From the NCBI GenBank assembly GCA_902525575.1, contig CABZHU010000001.1, forward strand, positions 117,109 through 181,108: a stretch of DNA of 64,000 nt, read 5' to 3'. This DNA comes from an uncultured Pelagibacteraceae bacterium (GTDB lineage Bacteria; Pseudomonadota; Alphaproteobacteria; Pelagibacterales; AG-422-B15). Positions 9,790-20,273 of this stretch are shown piece by piece. Position numbers and translations under genes: made by a program. Within the stretch, counting starts at the first letter, position 1. Each line of letters starts with the position of its first letter. The notes beneath the pieces are model-generated. The model did not search any database. It was not told where the DNA came from and saw only the letters and a program-made list of their open reading frames with translations.

Positions 9790-10568
9790 ATACTTTATTG
9801 AAAGTTGAAAAAATTTCGGTTTCATTTGATGGCTTTAAAGCTATTAATAATTTGAGCTACAGCATTGGTAAAAATGAACTCAAAGCGATTATTGGACCTA
9901 ATGGAGCTGGAAAAACTACTTTTATGGATATAATTACGGGTCAAACTAAACCAGATGAGGGTAAAGTATTATTTGGTGAACGAAGCGTATGGCTTGAAAG
10001 TGATCAAAAATATCAAGTTGTTTGGGATGAAAATCTTCTAATGAAAAGTGAGTCTCAAATAGCATTACTGGGTATAGGAAGAAAATTTCAACGTCCTACT
10101 GTATTTGAGCTAAAAACAGTATTTGAAAATTTATTTATATCCATGAAGAAAAATAGAAATCCTTTTAGTGTTTTATTCCAAAAATTAAATAGAGATGAAA
10201 AAAATCTAATAGAAAACATACTAGGTGAAATTAGTCTTAAAAATGAACAAGATAGAATTGCTGGTGAGTTATCACACGGTCAAAAGCAGTGGTTAGAAAT
10301 AGGAATGCTATTAACTCAAGAACCAAAGCTATTATTAATTGATGAACCAGCCGCTGGAATGACTTCTAATGAAAGAAGACAGACAGTTGAGATCCTAAAA
10401 AAATTATCTGCAGATAAATCAGTTATTGTTGTTGAGCATGATATGGAATTTGTAAAAGATCTTGAATGTGAGGTTACTGTATTGCATGAAGGTTCAATTC
10501 TTTCAGAGGGCTCTATAGAACACGTATCCTCTAATAATGAGGTAATTGAGGTATATTTGGGAAGATAG
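9786..10568 (+). CDS. urtD: Urea ABC transporter ATP-binding protein UrtD
   Basis: Walker A GPNGAGKTT, signature LSHGQKQWLEIGM, and operon position. Confidence 0.92.
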   Translation: MNTLLKVEKISVSFDGFKAINNLSYSIGKNELKAIIGPNGAGKTTFMDIITGQTKPDEGKVLFGERSVWLESDQKYQVVWDENLLMKSESQIALLGIGRKFQRPTVFELKTVFENLFISMKKNRNPFSVLFQKLNRDEKNLIENILGEISLKNEQDRIAGELSHGQKQWLEIGMLLTQEPKLLLIDEPAAGMTSNERRQTVEILKKLSADKSVIVVEHDMEFVKDLECEVTVLHEGSILSEGSIEHVSSNNEVIEVYLGR

Positions 10569-10570
10569 TT

Positions 10571-11266
10571 ATGATTGATATAAGTAATTTGAATTTTTAC
10601 TATGGTTCTTCTCAGATATTATTTGACGTTTCACTCAAGGCGAAAAAGAAAGAAATTACTTGTTTATTGGGTTCAAATGGAGTTGGTAAAACATCTTTAT
10701 TAAAGTTTTTATCAGGAATTTATCCTTCAAAGTCAGGAAATTATCTTTTTGAAGGGGATAATGTAACTGACTTTAGCTCGCACCAACTTGCTAAAAGAGG
10801 AGTAGGATATGTTCCTCAAGGGCGTTTTATATTTCCATTATTATCTGTAAAAGAGAATTTAGAAACTGGTTTTGCATGTTTAAAACGTGATGAACATTTC
10901 ATACCTGATGAAATTTTCGATCTTTTTCCAGTATTGAAACAAATGATAAATAGAAGAGGTGGAGATTTATCAGGAGGTCAACAACAGCAATTAGCAATTG
11001 CAAGAGCTATGATTTCAAAACCAAAATTACTACTTATGGATGAACCAACCGAGGGGATACAGCCAAACATCATCCAGCAAATTGGAGAAGTCATAAAATA
11101 TTTAAAAGATGAGCAGGGAATGACCATACTATTGGTTGAGCAATATTTTGATTTTGCATTTGATCTAGCAGATTATATCTATGTCATGAAAAGAGGAAAA
11201 ATTATTAGTGAGTCAAAGAAAAAGAGCCTGGATAAATTGTCGTTTAAAAATGAAATATCAATTTGA
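10571..11266 (+). CDS. urtE: Urea ABC transporter ATP-binding protein UrtE
   Basis: Walker A GSNGVGKTS, signature LSGGQQQQLAIARA, and operon position. Confidence 0.92.
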   Translation: MIDISNLNFYYGSSQILFDVSLKAKKKEITCLLGSNGVGKTSLLKFLSGIYPSKSGNYLFEGDNVTDFSSHQLAKRGVGYVPQGRFIFPLLSVKENLETGFACLKRDEHFIPDEIFDLFPVLKQMINRRGGDLSGGQQQQLAIARAMISKPKLLLMDEPTEGIQPNIIQQIGEVIKYLKDEQGMTILLVEQYFDFAFDLADYIYVMKRGKIISESKKKSLDKLSFKNEISI

Positions 11267-13297
11267 ATTTCTAGTCAAGCAAAGTAAAAAGGCATTATCG
11301 AGAGAACTCTCCTCTAAAGCATTTAACCGTCCACTCTTGCCTGCATGTCCACCAACTAAATTCATTTTCATTAATATTGGATTATCTGAAGTACTATTTT
11401 CTCTTAGTTTTGGAACATATTTTGCTGGTTCGTAATACTGAACTTGAGAGTCATAAAGGCTGGATGTGACTAAGACAGCAGGATAATTTGATGGCTTAAT
11501 ATTGTCATAGGGTGAGTAACTCTTAATATATTTGTACTCATCCTCATTCGCTGGATTGCCCCATTCTTTATATTCGAAAGTAGTTAATGGAATTGTTTCA
11601 TCCGACATTGTAGTTACGACATCTACAAACGGAACCGCTGAAATAATACCTTTGTATAATTCTGGCTCCATATTAATGATTGCTCCCATTAAAAGACCAC
11701 CAGCACTTCCACCCATTGCATATACATTTTTAGTGTTTCCATACCCTTGCTTGATTAGTGATTTTGTTGCATCAATAAAATCATAAAATGTATTCTTTTT
11801 ATTAAAAATTTTACCGTCATCATACCACTGTCGGCCCATTTCAGAACCACCTCTGATATTGGCCACTGCAAAAACAAACCCTCGATTTAGCAATGGCAAT
11901 ATTGACGTTCTAAAAGCCGCATCGATAATAATGCCGTATGATCCATAACCATAAATAAGAATTGGAGCTTGAGCTAAGTCAGTTCCTTTTTTATATACCA
12001 GTGATACAGGAACTTTTGTGTCATCTCGGGCCGTAATTTTAAGTCTTTCAACCTCATACAGACTCTCATCATAATTACTTACAGGCTGCTGCCAGGCTAA
12101 TTCACTCTTACCAGACTCAATATCTTCTTTAAATATTGAGCTAGGTTTCTTTGGACTTGAATAGCCATAGTAAAATTCAGCATCAAGGTAATCATTATTG
12201 GTTGCTAGATAACAAGAAAAGGCAGGGTCACTAAATTCAATATAATTCCTATTGAGTGTTTCTCTGTTAATTTTTACTATCTTGGGCAGCCCGTCTTCCC
12301 GTATCTCTAAATAGAGATATTTAGGAAAAGTAACAAAATCTTCAATTAAAATAGCATTGTCATGTTCAACTACAGTTTCCCACTTATTAAAATCATTAAT
12401 TTGGTTAATCGTGAATTTTAAAATTGAAAAATTTTTTTTATTTTGAGCGTTACTACTGACATAGAAACATTCTGGAGTATCTTCAATTGAATAAAGATGT
12501 TTATCGGATCGTTTGAGTACACAAAATGGTTGACTGAGTTCTTCATCTAAATCAAGTAACCACGTCTCTGAAGACTCAGTTTTACTGGTATAAATATTCA
12601 AATATTTCTTTGTCCGCGACTCATAAATATGAAGATGAAATTCCGAGTCATTTTCCTCATAGATTAGAACATCTTCTTTAAGATCAGTTCCAATTTTGTG
12701 TTTAAAAACCTTATTTTCTATCAAAGTAACAGGATCTTTTTGAGCATAGTAAAATGAAGTATTCTTCTTATCCCAAACAATGCCCCCAGAGCTTCTCTCA
12801 ACTTTACTGTCTATAATTTTGCCGGTGGTTAGATCTTTAACTTTTATTTTGTATTCTCGTCGACCCGATAAATCTTCTGCATAAGCAATTAAAAGATTAT
12901 TTGGCGATGGAGTTATTGACGTTATATTGATATAATCTAAATCCTTTGCCAGTGCATTTACATCAATAACTAACTCTTTAGTCCCTTTACGCTCACGAAA
13001 GTATGTTTTGTATTGTTGTTCAGAGTTAATTTCAGAGTAATAGAAATAATCTCCGTATTTAATTTTCATTGAAACCTCTTTTGGTGGTATGTAACTAACT
13101 AATTCATCATAAATTATTTTTCGGCAATCATTATTTTTTCTAAACCAATCTTCTAAGTACTGATTTTCTTCTTCTAAATAAGAAATAATTTCTGGATTTT
13201 TACGAGTATCATCTCTAAGCCAATAATAATCATCAACACGCTCATCGTTATGTGCAATATGTATTTTAGGAATTTTTTTTGGCTGAGGAGGTTTCAT
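11258..13297 (-). CDS. ptrB: Oligopeptidase B / prolyl oligopeptidase family S9A serine protease
   Basis: 679 aa with an N-terminal beta-propeller-like region and a C-terminal catalytic domain carrying GGSAGGLLMG around the nucleophile Ser. Confidence 0.88.
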   Translation of the reverse strand: MKPPQPKKIPKIHIAHNDERVDDYYWLRDDTRKNPEIISYLEEENQYLEDWFRKNNDCRKIIYDELVSYIPPKEVSMKIKYGDYFYYSEINSEQQYKTYFRERKGTKELVIDVNALAKDLDYINITSITPSPNNLLIAYAEDLSGRREYKIKVKDLTTGKIIDSKVERSSGGIVWDKKNTSFYYAQKDPVTLIENKVFKHKIGTDLKEDVLIYEENDSEFHLHIYESRTKKYLNIYTSKTESSETWLLDLDEELSQPFCVLKRSDKHLYSIEDTPECFYVSSNAQNKKNFSILKFTINQINDFNKWETVVEHDNAILIEDFVTFPKYLYLEIREDGLPKIVKINRETLNRNYIEFSDPAFSCYLATNNDYLDAEFYYGYSSPKKPSSIFKEDIESGKSELAWQQPVSNYDESLYEVERLKITARDDTKVPVSLVYKKGTDLAQAPILIYGYGSYGIIIDAAFRTSILPLLNRGFVFAVANIRGGSEMGRQWYDDGKIFNKKNTFYDFIDATKSLIKQGYGNTKNVYAMGGSAGGLLMGAIINMEPELYKGIISAVPFVDVVTTMSDETIPLTTFEYKEWGNPANEDEYKYIKSYSPYDNIKPSNYPAVLVTSSLYDSQVQYYEPAKYVPKLRENSTSDNPILMKMNLVGGHAGKSGRLNALEESSLDNAFLLCLTRNSN

Positions 13298-13333
13298 TAT
13301 TTATTATTATGTTATTACTTTTTCTCATTTTTA

Positions 13334-13407
13334 TGGTGCCCCCAACCTGTACTGACCAGGTATCTACGCATTACCAATGCGTTGCACTGCCATTGTGCTA
13401 TGGGGGC
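13334..13407 (-). tRNA. tRNA-Thr (anticodon GGU)-like gene with encoded CCA and an atypical T-loop
   Basis: The minus strand reads GCCCCCA TA GCAC AATGGCA GTGC A ACGCA TTGGTAA TGCGT AGAT ACCTG GTCAGTA CAGGT TGGGGGC ACCA. All four stems are Watson-Crick, and U8, G18G19, U33, A37 and G53-C61 are present. The T-loop is GTCAGTA rather than TTCRANN. Confidence 0.6.
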
Positions 13408-13429
13408 TAAGTTTAATAGTTAATCAGAT

Positions 13430-14314
13430 TTATCCTTTTAAAACAGACTTTATGGTATCCCCAATTACTGATGGGTTTTTTGATATAGTAACACCGGACT
13501 CTTTTAAGAGTTCGACTTTTTCAACTGCACTTTCCCCATATGCCGAAACAATAGCACCAGCGTGACCCATTACTCTACCTTTTGGGGCAGTTAGTCCTGC
13601 TATATATGCGACTACTGGTTTTTTCATATTTTCTTTTGCAAATTTACCTGCATCTACTTCTTGAGGTCCACCAATTTCTCCAATCATCAAAATAATATCA
13701 GTATCTGGATCTTCTTCAAATCGAGCTAGTACATCTCTGAACGAACTTCCATTAATTGGATCTCCGCCAATACCTACGCTCGTTGAAACACCAATATCTA
13801 GCTCTTTCATTTGTGAAGCGGCTTCATATCCCAGTGTTCCTGATCGGCCAACAATGCCAACATTTCCTTTTTTATAAATATGTCCTGGCATTATACCCAG
13901 CATTGATTTACCAGGACTAATTATACCAGCGCAGTTAGGACCGATCATCGTCATTTTTTCAGATTTAGCATATCTCCGCATATATCTCTTTACCTTAATC
14001 ATGTCGTGAGAGGGTATTCCGTCTGTTATTGCGACACATACTTTGATGCCTGCATCAGCAGCTTCCATAGCGGAGTCGGCAGCATAACTAGGTGGAACGA
14101 ATAAGATGCTTGCTTCTGCATCTGTTTCTTTCACAGCATCTTTAACGGTATTAAAAACAGGAAGACCAAGATGTATCGAACCTCCTTTGCCAGGAGTAAC
14201 TCCTCCAACAACGTTAGAACCGTAATCAATCATTTCTTGTGCATGAAAACTTCCTATTTTACCAGTGAAGCCTTGGACAATAATTTTAGAATTTTCATCA
14301 ATCAATATAGACAT
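13430..14314 (-). CDS. sucD: Succinyl-CoA synthetase alpha subunit
   Basis: GPNCAGIISPG and MGHAGAIV motifs. The start ATG overlaps the sucC stop as TAATG. Confidence 0.96.
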   Translation of the reverse strand: MSILIDENSKIIVQGFTGKIGSFHAQEMIDYGSNVVGGVTPGKGGSIHLGLPVFNTVKDAVKETDAEASILFVPPSYAADSAMEAADAGIKVCVAITDGIPSHDMIKVKRYMRRYAKSEKMTMIGPNCAGIISPGKSMLGIMPGHIYKKGNVGIVGRSGTLGYEAASQMKELDIGVSTSVGIGGDPINGSSFRDVLARFEEDPDTDIILMIGEIGGPQEVDAGKFAKENMKKPVVAYIAGLTAPKGRVMGHAGAIVSAYGESAVEKVELLKESGVTISKNPSVIGDTIKSVLKG

Positions 14315-15489
14315 TACTTTTCTTCAATCTTTTTTAAAGCCTCTACAGCCTTTGTAGCAGCTTCTTTTAGTGAATGGGCCTCAATGTAATCAATACCACT
14401 TTCTTTTAAAATCTTATTTCCCCTTTCAACATTTGTGCCAGCCAACCTTATCACAAGAGGCATGTCAATTTTAATTGTTTGAAGTGCTTGTACTATTCCC
14501 TCAGCAACCCAATCACATCTATTAATGCCGGCAAATATATTAACTAAAATAACTTTTACTTTTTCATCTGATGAAACAAGTTTGAAAGCTTTTACAATTT
14601 TTTCTGGCGTTGCTCCCCCTCCAATATCAAGGAAGTTTGCAGGCTCTCCTCCAGCGGACTTAATCATATCCATTGACGCCATTGCTAATCCTGCCCCGTT
14701 AATAATATTTCCAATATTTCCCTCAAGTCCCACGTAATTTAAACCTCTATCACTTGCATATACCTCACTTGGGTTTTCTTGAGATTTATCTCTTAATTCA
14801 GCAACATCATTTCTTCTAAACAATGCATTATTATCAAAACTCATTTTACAATCTAAAGCTAAAACATGCTTATCTTTTGTAATAACCAAAGGATTAACTT
14901 CAACCATAGTTGCATCTAGATCGCTAAAAGCTCTATAACAACCCTCAATGACCTCAGCAGTTCTTGAGATAAGACCTGTCTCAACACCAAGGTTAAATGC
15001 AATTTCCCTTGCCTGAAATTCCTGAATGCCAACTGCAGCTTCTATCTTTGATCTTATAATTGTTTCAGGTTTTTTATTTGATATTTCTTCAACACTCATA
15101 CCACCTTCAGTAGATGCAACAACCATAATACATTCAGAGCCTCTATCAAAAACGAGACCTAAATAAAGTTCTCTTTCGATATCAGAGGCTTCTTCTATAT
15201 AAACTCTATTGATAATTTTTCCTGATGGACCTGTTTGATTAGTGACCAGTTTTTTCCCCAGCAGCTTATCCGCAGCACGTGCAACTTCTAGAGCATCGTT
15301 GCAGACGATTATTCCGCCAGCTTTGCCTCTTGCGCCAGAGTGAACCTGTGCTTTTACAACCCAACGAGAACCACCAATTTCTTTTGCCTTATATTCTGCA
15401 TTTTCAGGACTATAGGCGATACCTCCCCTTGGAATTCCAATTCCAAAGTCAGATAAAATTTTTTTTGCTTGGTACTCATGTATATCCAT
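14314..15489 (-). CDS. sucC: Succinyl-CoA synthetase beta subunit
   Basis: [11 protein letters not shown]-terminus. The ATG at 15489 is preceded by GGGGGA at 4-nt spacing. The track's start at 15501 is a TTG lying inside that Shine-Dalgarno sequence. Confidence 0.96.
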   Translation of the reverse strand: MDIHEYQAKKILSDFGIGIPRGGIAYSPENAEYKAKEIGGSRWVVKAQVHSGARGKAGGIIVCNDALEVARAADKLLGKKLVTNQTGPSGKIINRVYIEEASDIERELYLGLVFDRGSECIMVVASTEGGMSVEEISNKKPETIIRSKIEAAVGIQEFQAREIAFNLGVETGLISRTAEVIEGCYRAFSDLDATMVEVNPLVITKDKHVLALDCKMSFDNNALFRRNDVAELRDKSQENPSEVYASDRGLNYVGLEGNIGNIINGAGLAMASMDMIKSAGGEPANFLDIGGGATPEKIVKAFKLVSSDEKVKVILVNIFAGINRCDWVAEGIVQALQTIKIDMPLVIRLAGTNVERGNKILKESGIDYIEAHSLKEAATKAVEALKKIEEK

Positions 15490-15585
15490 CTTATCCCCCA
15501 AAAAATTCTACTATAATAAAAAAGTAATGTCCTGAGATTAATATTATTTTATTTGTTAACCTCCAATTACAATTCCTTCTCTTTA

Positions 15586-15951
15586 TTAGATATTTTGATC
15601 TCGGTAAGTAATGCTAGACAAAAAAACAATTTTCCAATCGTTTCCTGTTTTGAATAAAGCATAAAACCCAGATATAGACTCAACATATTCCTTGCTTTTA
15701 TTATATCTCTTCGCATTTCTAAGAATTACATGGGCTTGATCTTCTGTCTCTTTGATGACTTCTACTTCAATATCTTCAGTTTTACCCAAATTGGAGGATT
15801 TTTTCATTTTTTCCATTGGCGACTCATTAACGGAGATGATACTGCCATTAACGTTCATAAATAATGGATATGAAAAAAGGTTTTTTAATGATTCAAAATC
15901 ATCATTGTTAAAATGTTTTAAATAAAGATTGATAAATTCTAATGCCTTCAT
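15586..15951 (-). CDS. Hypothetical small protein, possibly with an NTF2/SnoaL-like fold
   Basis: 121-aa ORF filling the gap between ggt and sucC. There is no diagnostic motif; the fold guess rests only on size and the pattern of hydrophobic residues. Confidence 0.5.
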   Translation of the reverse strand: MKALEFINLYLKHFNNDDFESLKNLFSYPLFMNVNGSIISVNESPMEKMKKSSNLGKTEDIEVEVIKETEDQAHVILRNAKRYNKSKEYVESISGFYALFKTGNDWKIVFLSSITYRDQNI

Positions 15952-15983
15952 ATTTATTTTTAAATCATACCTTTCTATTTATG

Positions 15984-17777
15984 CTATTGTCCACTTAAAG
16001 CTATTCCTTCACGTCGTGGATCAGATCCACCTTCTAAATTATTTCCAATATAAATGGTATTTAAACCAGAGAAATATTTCTTTATCTTGGTATCATATCC
16101 CATAGATGACAAACTCTCTTTAAGTATCCGAGCATTTTTTGAATCTTCAATATCGTATGCTCCCCACCGATTAATCGCATGAGGCAAAGATACAGATTGT
16201 TGAACATTCATATCCCAATCAATAAGGGAAATAAGATGGTTTGCAACAAACCCAATGATGTTACTGCCTCCAGGAGATCCAGTAATATATATTGGTTTTC
16301 CATCCTTTAAGACGATTGTTGGTGACATAGAGGATCGTGGACGTTTGCCTGGTTCTAATCTATTGGAAATTAATTTCCCGTCAATTTCGTCTCGAAAAGA
16401 AAAGTCTGTAAGTTGGTTGTTTAACAAGAACCCACTTTTCGTTAACAATCTAGATCCAAAAGCATTTTCTATTGAAGAAGTCATAGATAACGCGTTTCCA
16501 TATTTATCATAAATTGATATATGAGTTGTAGATTGTAGCTCGAGTGAATTATCATCTGCATAATTATATGCAACTTCTTGAGAAGGATTTCCAGCTTCAA
16601 TATTTTCTGTTCTTCTTCCTAATTCTATTTTCTTAGATCTTTTTTTTAAATATTCATGATCAAGTAAACCGTTTAAAGGAACATCAACAAAATCACTATC
16701 TGCTAAATATCTATCTCGATCAGCAAAGGCTAACCGGCTTGCATCACCAATCACCTGCCACGATTTAGGATTTTTGTAGCCAAGTGATTTTAAATTAAAT
16801 TTCTCAAGAATTTTTAATATTTGTGCTACTGCGACACCTCCTGATGAGGGCGGCCCCATACCACAAACATTATGTTTTCTATAACTTATGCAGACTGGAT
16901 CGCGTTCTATTACAGCATAACTTTCTAAATCACTATTTTGTAAAAACCCAGGATTTTCAGAATAGTTTTGAACTGTGTTTACAATGTCATCAGCAATTTC
17001 TCCTTTATAGAAATCTTCAATACCATCTGTAGAAATTTTTTTTAGTGTTTCGGCATAAGCTTTATTCGTTACTAATTGTTTATATTCAGGATTATTTCCA
17101 TCAGGTAAAAAGTATTTAGATGTTTGACTACTTTTTTTTAATCTATCCGAATCTCTTTCAATTGATGACGCCAACTTCTTAGACACAGGAAAACCATTTT
17201 CCCCAAGATTTATTGCAGCGGTAAATAGACTTGACCACTTTGTTTTGCCCCATTTTTCATGTGCTTTAAACATTAATGCAGGAGTACCTGGCGTCCCTAC
17301 GGAAAGGCCACCAATGACAGCGTCAAAAAATTTTTTAGTCTCTCCACTTTCATTTTGAAACTGAGTTGGATACGAAGCTCTTGGAGCAGTTTCCCTTCCG
17401 TCTAATGTAGTAACTTTATTTGTTTTGTTATCGTACCAAATTAAGAAACTTCCACCACCAAGCCCAGAAGACTCCGGCTCAACTAATCCTAAAACTGCTT
17501 GTGCGGCTATCATTGCATCTGCAGCTGTTCCACCTTCCTCAAGAATTTCAGCCCCTGCTGCAGAAGCGTAAGAATTTGCTGTCACAATCATCCATTCTTT
17601 CCCTAAAACTGGAACCATGTCTTTTTTGGCCTGCATCGAAGCATTTACTTGTTCAGTATTTAAATCCTCATAATCAATAATAAAAGTTTCTGGGTTAATT
17701 AGATCAGAGAGATCCTCTGCGTAAGAATTGAGGGTAAGTAGGAAAGTTAATATAATAAGAGAAATTAGTTTCTTCAT
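15984..17777 (-). CDS. ggt: Gamma-glutamyltranspeptidase
   Basis: Autoprocessing/catalytic TTH (QSTTHISIYD), GSPGGS motif and a signal peptide. I prefer the ATG at 17777 (MKKLISLIILTF...), which lies 1 nt after the upstream gene's stop. Confidence 0.92.
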   Translation of the reverse strand: MKKLISLIILTFLLTLNSYAEDLSDLINPETFIIDYEDLNTEQVNASMQAKKDMVPVLGKEWMIVTANSYASAAGAEILEEGGTAADAMIAAQAVLGLVEPESSGLGGGSFLIWYDNKTNKVTTLDGRETAPRASYPTQFQNESGETKKFFDAVIGGLSVGTPGTPALMFKAHEKWGKTKWSSLFTAAINLGENGFPVSKKLASSIERDSDRLKKSSQTSKYFLPDGNNPEYKQLVTNKAYAETLKKISTDGIEDFYKGEIADDIVNTVQNYSENPGFLQNSDLESYAVIERDPVCISYRKHNVCGMGPPSSGGVAVAQILKILEKFNLKSLGYKNPKSWQVIGDASRLAFADRDRYLADSDFVDVPLNGLLDHEYLKKRSKKIELGRRTENIEAGNPSQEVAYNYADDNSLELQSTTHISIYDKYGNALSMTSSIENAFGSRLLTKSGFLLNNQLTDFSFRDEIDGKLISNRLEPGKRPRSSMSPTIVLKDGKPIYITGSPGGSNIIGFVANHLISLIDWDMNVQQSVSLPHAINRWGAYDIEDSKNARILKESLSSMGYDTKIKKYFSGLNTIYIGNNLEGGSDPRREGIALSGQ

Positions 17778-17778
17778 T

Positions 17779-18216
17779 TTATTCTGTATAATTAATAATT
17801 TCATTTACGTTCAAATCCTGACACCAATCATATTTCTGATTGCGGTTATAAACAACGCCTAGTTGGTTTTCGATAATTTTACTTGATGCATCTTCACCAT
17901 CAATTATTAGATATGATAAAACTCTTCCAAAATAATCTTCCAGATATTCAGTTTTAAATTCAATAGTTGATGCATTTGCAATAAGGTCATTTAGGTAGTC
18001 TCTTGCCTTTATACCTAATTCCAGTTCAGCATTGCATCTTGGCTTGGATATTTCAGGGGTATCCAACTCAAGTAATCTAATCTTTTTTTTCATACCATTG
18101 ATTGTGATGTAGCAAGTATCTCCATCATAGCAGTATTGATCGTTATACTGCCGAAGATTAATTTCAGCTTGAACCGTTGTAATCATGCTAACAAATATAA
18201 CGAGAACATATTTCAT
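17779..18216 (-). CDS. Secreted staphylococcal-nuclease (SNase/thermonuclease)-like protein
   Basis: DGDT..., RLLELDTPE and GRVLSYL motifs of the SNase fold. The start at 18216 gives the signal peptide MKYVLVIFVSMITTVQA. Confidence 0.8.
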   Translation of the reverse strand: MKYVLVIFVSMITTVQAEINLRQYNDQYCYDGDTCYITINGMKKKIRLLELDTPEISKPRCNAELELGIKARDYLNDLIANASTIEFKTEYLEDYFGRVLSYLIIDGEDASSKIIENQLGVVYNRNQKYDWCQDLNVNEIINYTE

Positions 18217-18290
18217 CTTAATAACTATAAATCTTGTTATTATATGATAAAGCAATTAGAAGAAATTCAACAATATTTTAAATTCCATCA

Positions 18291-20111
18291 ATGACATTAA
18301 AATTAAGAAACATTGCTATTATTGCTCATGTTGATCATGGGAAAACGACATTAATAGACTCTTTAATGAAACAAACAGGCATGTTTCGTGAAAATCAAAA
18401 CGTAGAAGAACGTTTAATGGACTCTGGCGATCTCGAAAAGGAAAGAGGAATTACTATTCTTGCAAAACCAACTTCTATTGTTTGGAAAGATGTCCGTATT
18501 AATATAATTGATACCCCTGGGCATGCTGATTTTGGAGGTGAAGTAGAACGAGTTCTTGGAATGGCAGATGGCGTCATAATATTAGCAGATGCTGCAGAAG
18601 GACCAATGCCGCAAACAAAGTTTGTTTTAGGTAAAGCTCTCGCTCAGAATTTAAAACCTATTGTTGTAATTAATAAAGTAGATCGACACGATGCTAGATC
18701 TGAAGAGGTTGTTAATGAAGTTTTTGATTTATTTGTTGCATTAGATGCAAGCGAAGAACAGTTGGACTTTCCAATTTTATATGCGGCAGGTAGAGAAGGA
18801 TGGTGTGTTGAAAATTTAGAAAATCCCAGAGAAAATTTACATCCCTTATTAGATCTAATATTAAATCACGTTGAAGAACCAACAGTAGATCTATTAAAAC
18901 CTTTTGCAATGCTAGCAACTCTTCTTGATGCAGATCCTTATTTAGGACGATGCCTGATCGGAAGAGTTATAAATGGATCTGCAAAAGTAAATGATCAAGT
19001 GAGGTCTATTAATCTCAGTGGTCGCCAAATAGAAACGGGTAGACTGACCAAACTATTTACATTTATAGGCGCCGATAGAGTACCAGTTGATGAGGTAACA
19101 GCTGGAGATATAATTTGTATCGCTGGTTTAGCTGTGACATCAGTCGCGGATACAATATGTAACCATGATGTTACAGAACCACTGGTTTCGACACCCATTG
19201 ATCCTCCAACTATGTCAGTGACTATTACAGTAAATGACTCACCATTTGCTGGTACAGATGGAAAGAGAGTAACTTCAACCTTAATTCGTGAGAGACTCTT
19301 AGATGAAGCTGAAACCAACGTTGCGATTACTTTTGAAGAAAATGATCAAAAAGATGCTTTTGAAATTGGTGGGCGAGGTGAGCTGCAAATTGGTGTACTA
19401 ATAGAACAAATGAGAAGAGAAGGATTTGAATTATCAGTTTCAAGACCACGTGTTCTTTACAAAATTGGTGAAAATGGAGCAAGAACTGAGCCCATTGAAG
19501 AAGTTATCATTGATGTTGACGACGAATATACAAGTACTGTGGTTGATGGAATGAATCAAAGAAAAGGTGAAATACAAGATATGCGAGCATCTGGGGCTGG
19601 TAAGACGAGACTAACATTTTTAGCTCCATCAAGAGGCTTAATAGGATACCAAAATAAATTATTAACAGATACTAAAGGGACAGGGGTTATAAACAGGCTC
19701 TTCAATAAGTATGATAATTATAAAGGAAATATTATCGGACGAAAATATGGTGCGTTAATATCAACTGATACCGGCAGTGCCGCAGCGTATGCTATTTTTA
19801 ATCTTCAAGATCGTGGGACTATGTTTATTGGTCACCAAACTAAAGTTTATAGTGGGATGGTGGTTGGTGAGCACAGTCGTGATAACGATCTTGAAATAAA
19901 TGTTTTAAAAGGCAAGCAGCTTACTAATGTTAGAGCTTCTGGAACAGATGAAGCAGTTAAATTAACTCCACCAAGAAGAATGTCACTTGAAGAAATGATG
20001 GCTTATATCAATGAAGATGAACTATTGGAGGTTACCCCTAGTAATTTAAGACTCAGAAAACGATATCTTTCAGCTATTGATCGAAAAAAACATCGGAAAT
20101 CAAAATCTTAA
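18291..20111 (+). CDS. typA: Translational GTPase TypA/BipA
   Basis: [24 protein letters not shown] and NKVD motifs; 606 aa. Confidence 0.95.
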   Translation: MTLKLRNIAIIAHVDHGKTTLIDSLMKQTGMFRENQNVEERLMDSGDLEKERGITILAKPTSIVWKDVRINIIDTPGHADFGGEVERVLGMADGVIILADAAEGPMPQTKFVLGKALAQNLKPIVVINKVDRHDARSEEVVNEVFDLFVALDASEEQLDFPILYAAGREGWCVENLENPRENLHPLLDLILNHVEEPTVDLLKPFAMLATLLDADPYLGRCLIGRVINGSAKVNDQVRSINLSGRQIETGRLTKLFTFIGADRVPVDEVTAGDIICIAGLAVTSVADTICNHDVTEPLVSTPIDPPTMSVTITVNDSPFAGTDGKRVTSTLIRERLLDEAETNVAITFEENDQKDAFEIGGRGELQIGVLIEQMRREGFELSVSRPRVLYKIGENGARTEPIEEVIIDVDDEYTSTVVDGMNQRKGEIQDMRASGAGKTRLTFLAPSRGLIGYQNKLLTDTKGTGVINRLFNKYDNYKGNIIGRKYGALISTDTGSAAAYAIFNLQDRGTMFIGHQTKVYSGMVVGEHSRDNDLEINVLKGKQLTNVRASGTDEAVKLTPPRRMSLEEMMAYINEDELLEVTPSNLRLRKRYLSAIDRKKHRKSKS

Positions 20112-20273
20112 TTGACAGTTTTACAGTCGTTATCAGATATTGAATTAGATTATATTGATTTTTAGTAAGAATAAGATCAGTATCAGTAACCATTTACTTA
20201 CTAGGTATAGTTATGTTTCTTAATTGTATGAATTTAATTAAGTGAATGTGATTAAACATAAGGGTAAAAATAC

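Noticed and set aside
11208-11435. 75-aa plus-strand ORF bridging the urtE end and the ptrB 3' end.
   Set aside because: It is out of frame with urtE and antisense to the ptrB C-terminus, which carries conserved sequence. It has no motifs.
13377-13565. 62-aa plus-strand ORF spanning the sucD 3' end and the spacer.
   Set aside because: It overlaps both the tRNA-Thr-like cloverleaf and the well-supported sucD. It has no motif and is a by-product of the tRNA sequence.
20213-20245. 10-codon uORF (MFLNCMNLIK) upstream of the DUF3604 gene.
   Set aside because: It has no amino-acid bias, Shine-Dalgarno sequence or associated structure. Short ATG...stop frames are expected by chance in AT-rich spacers.
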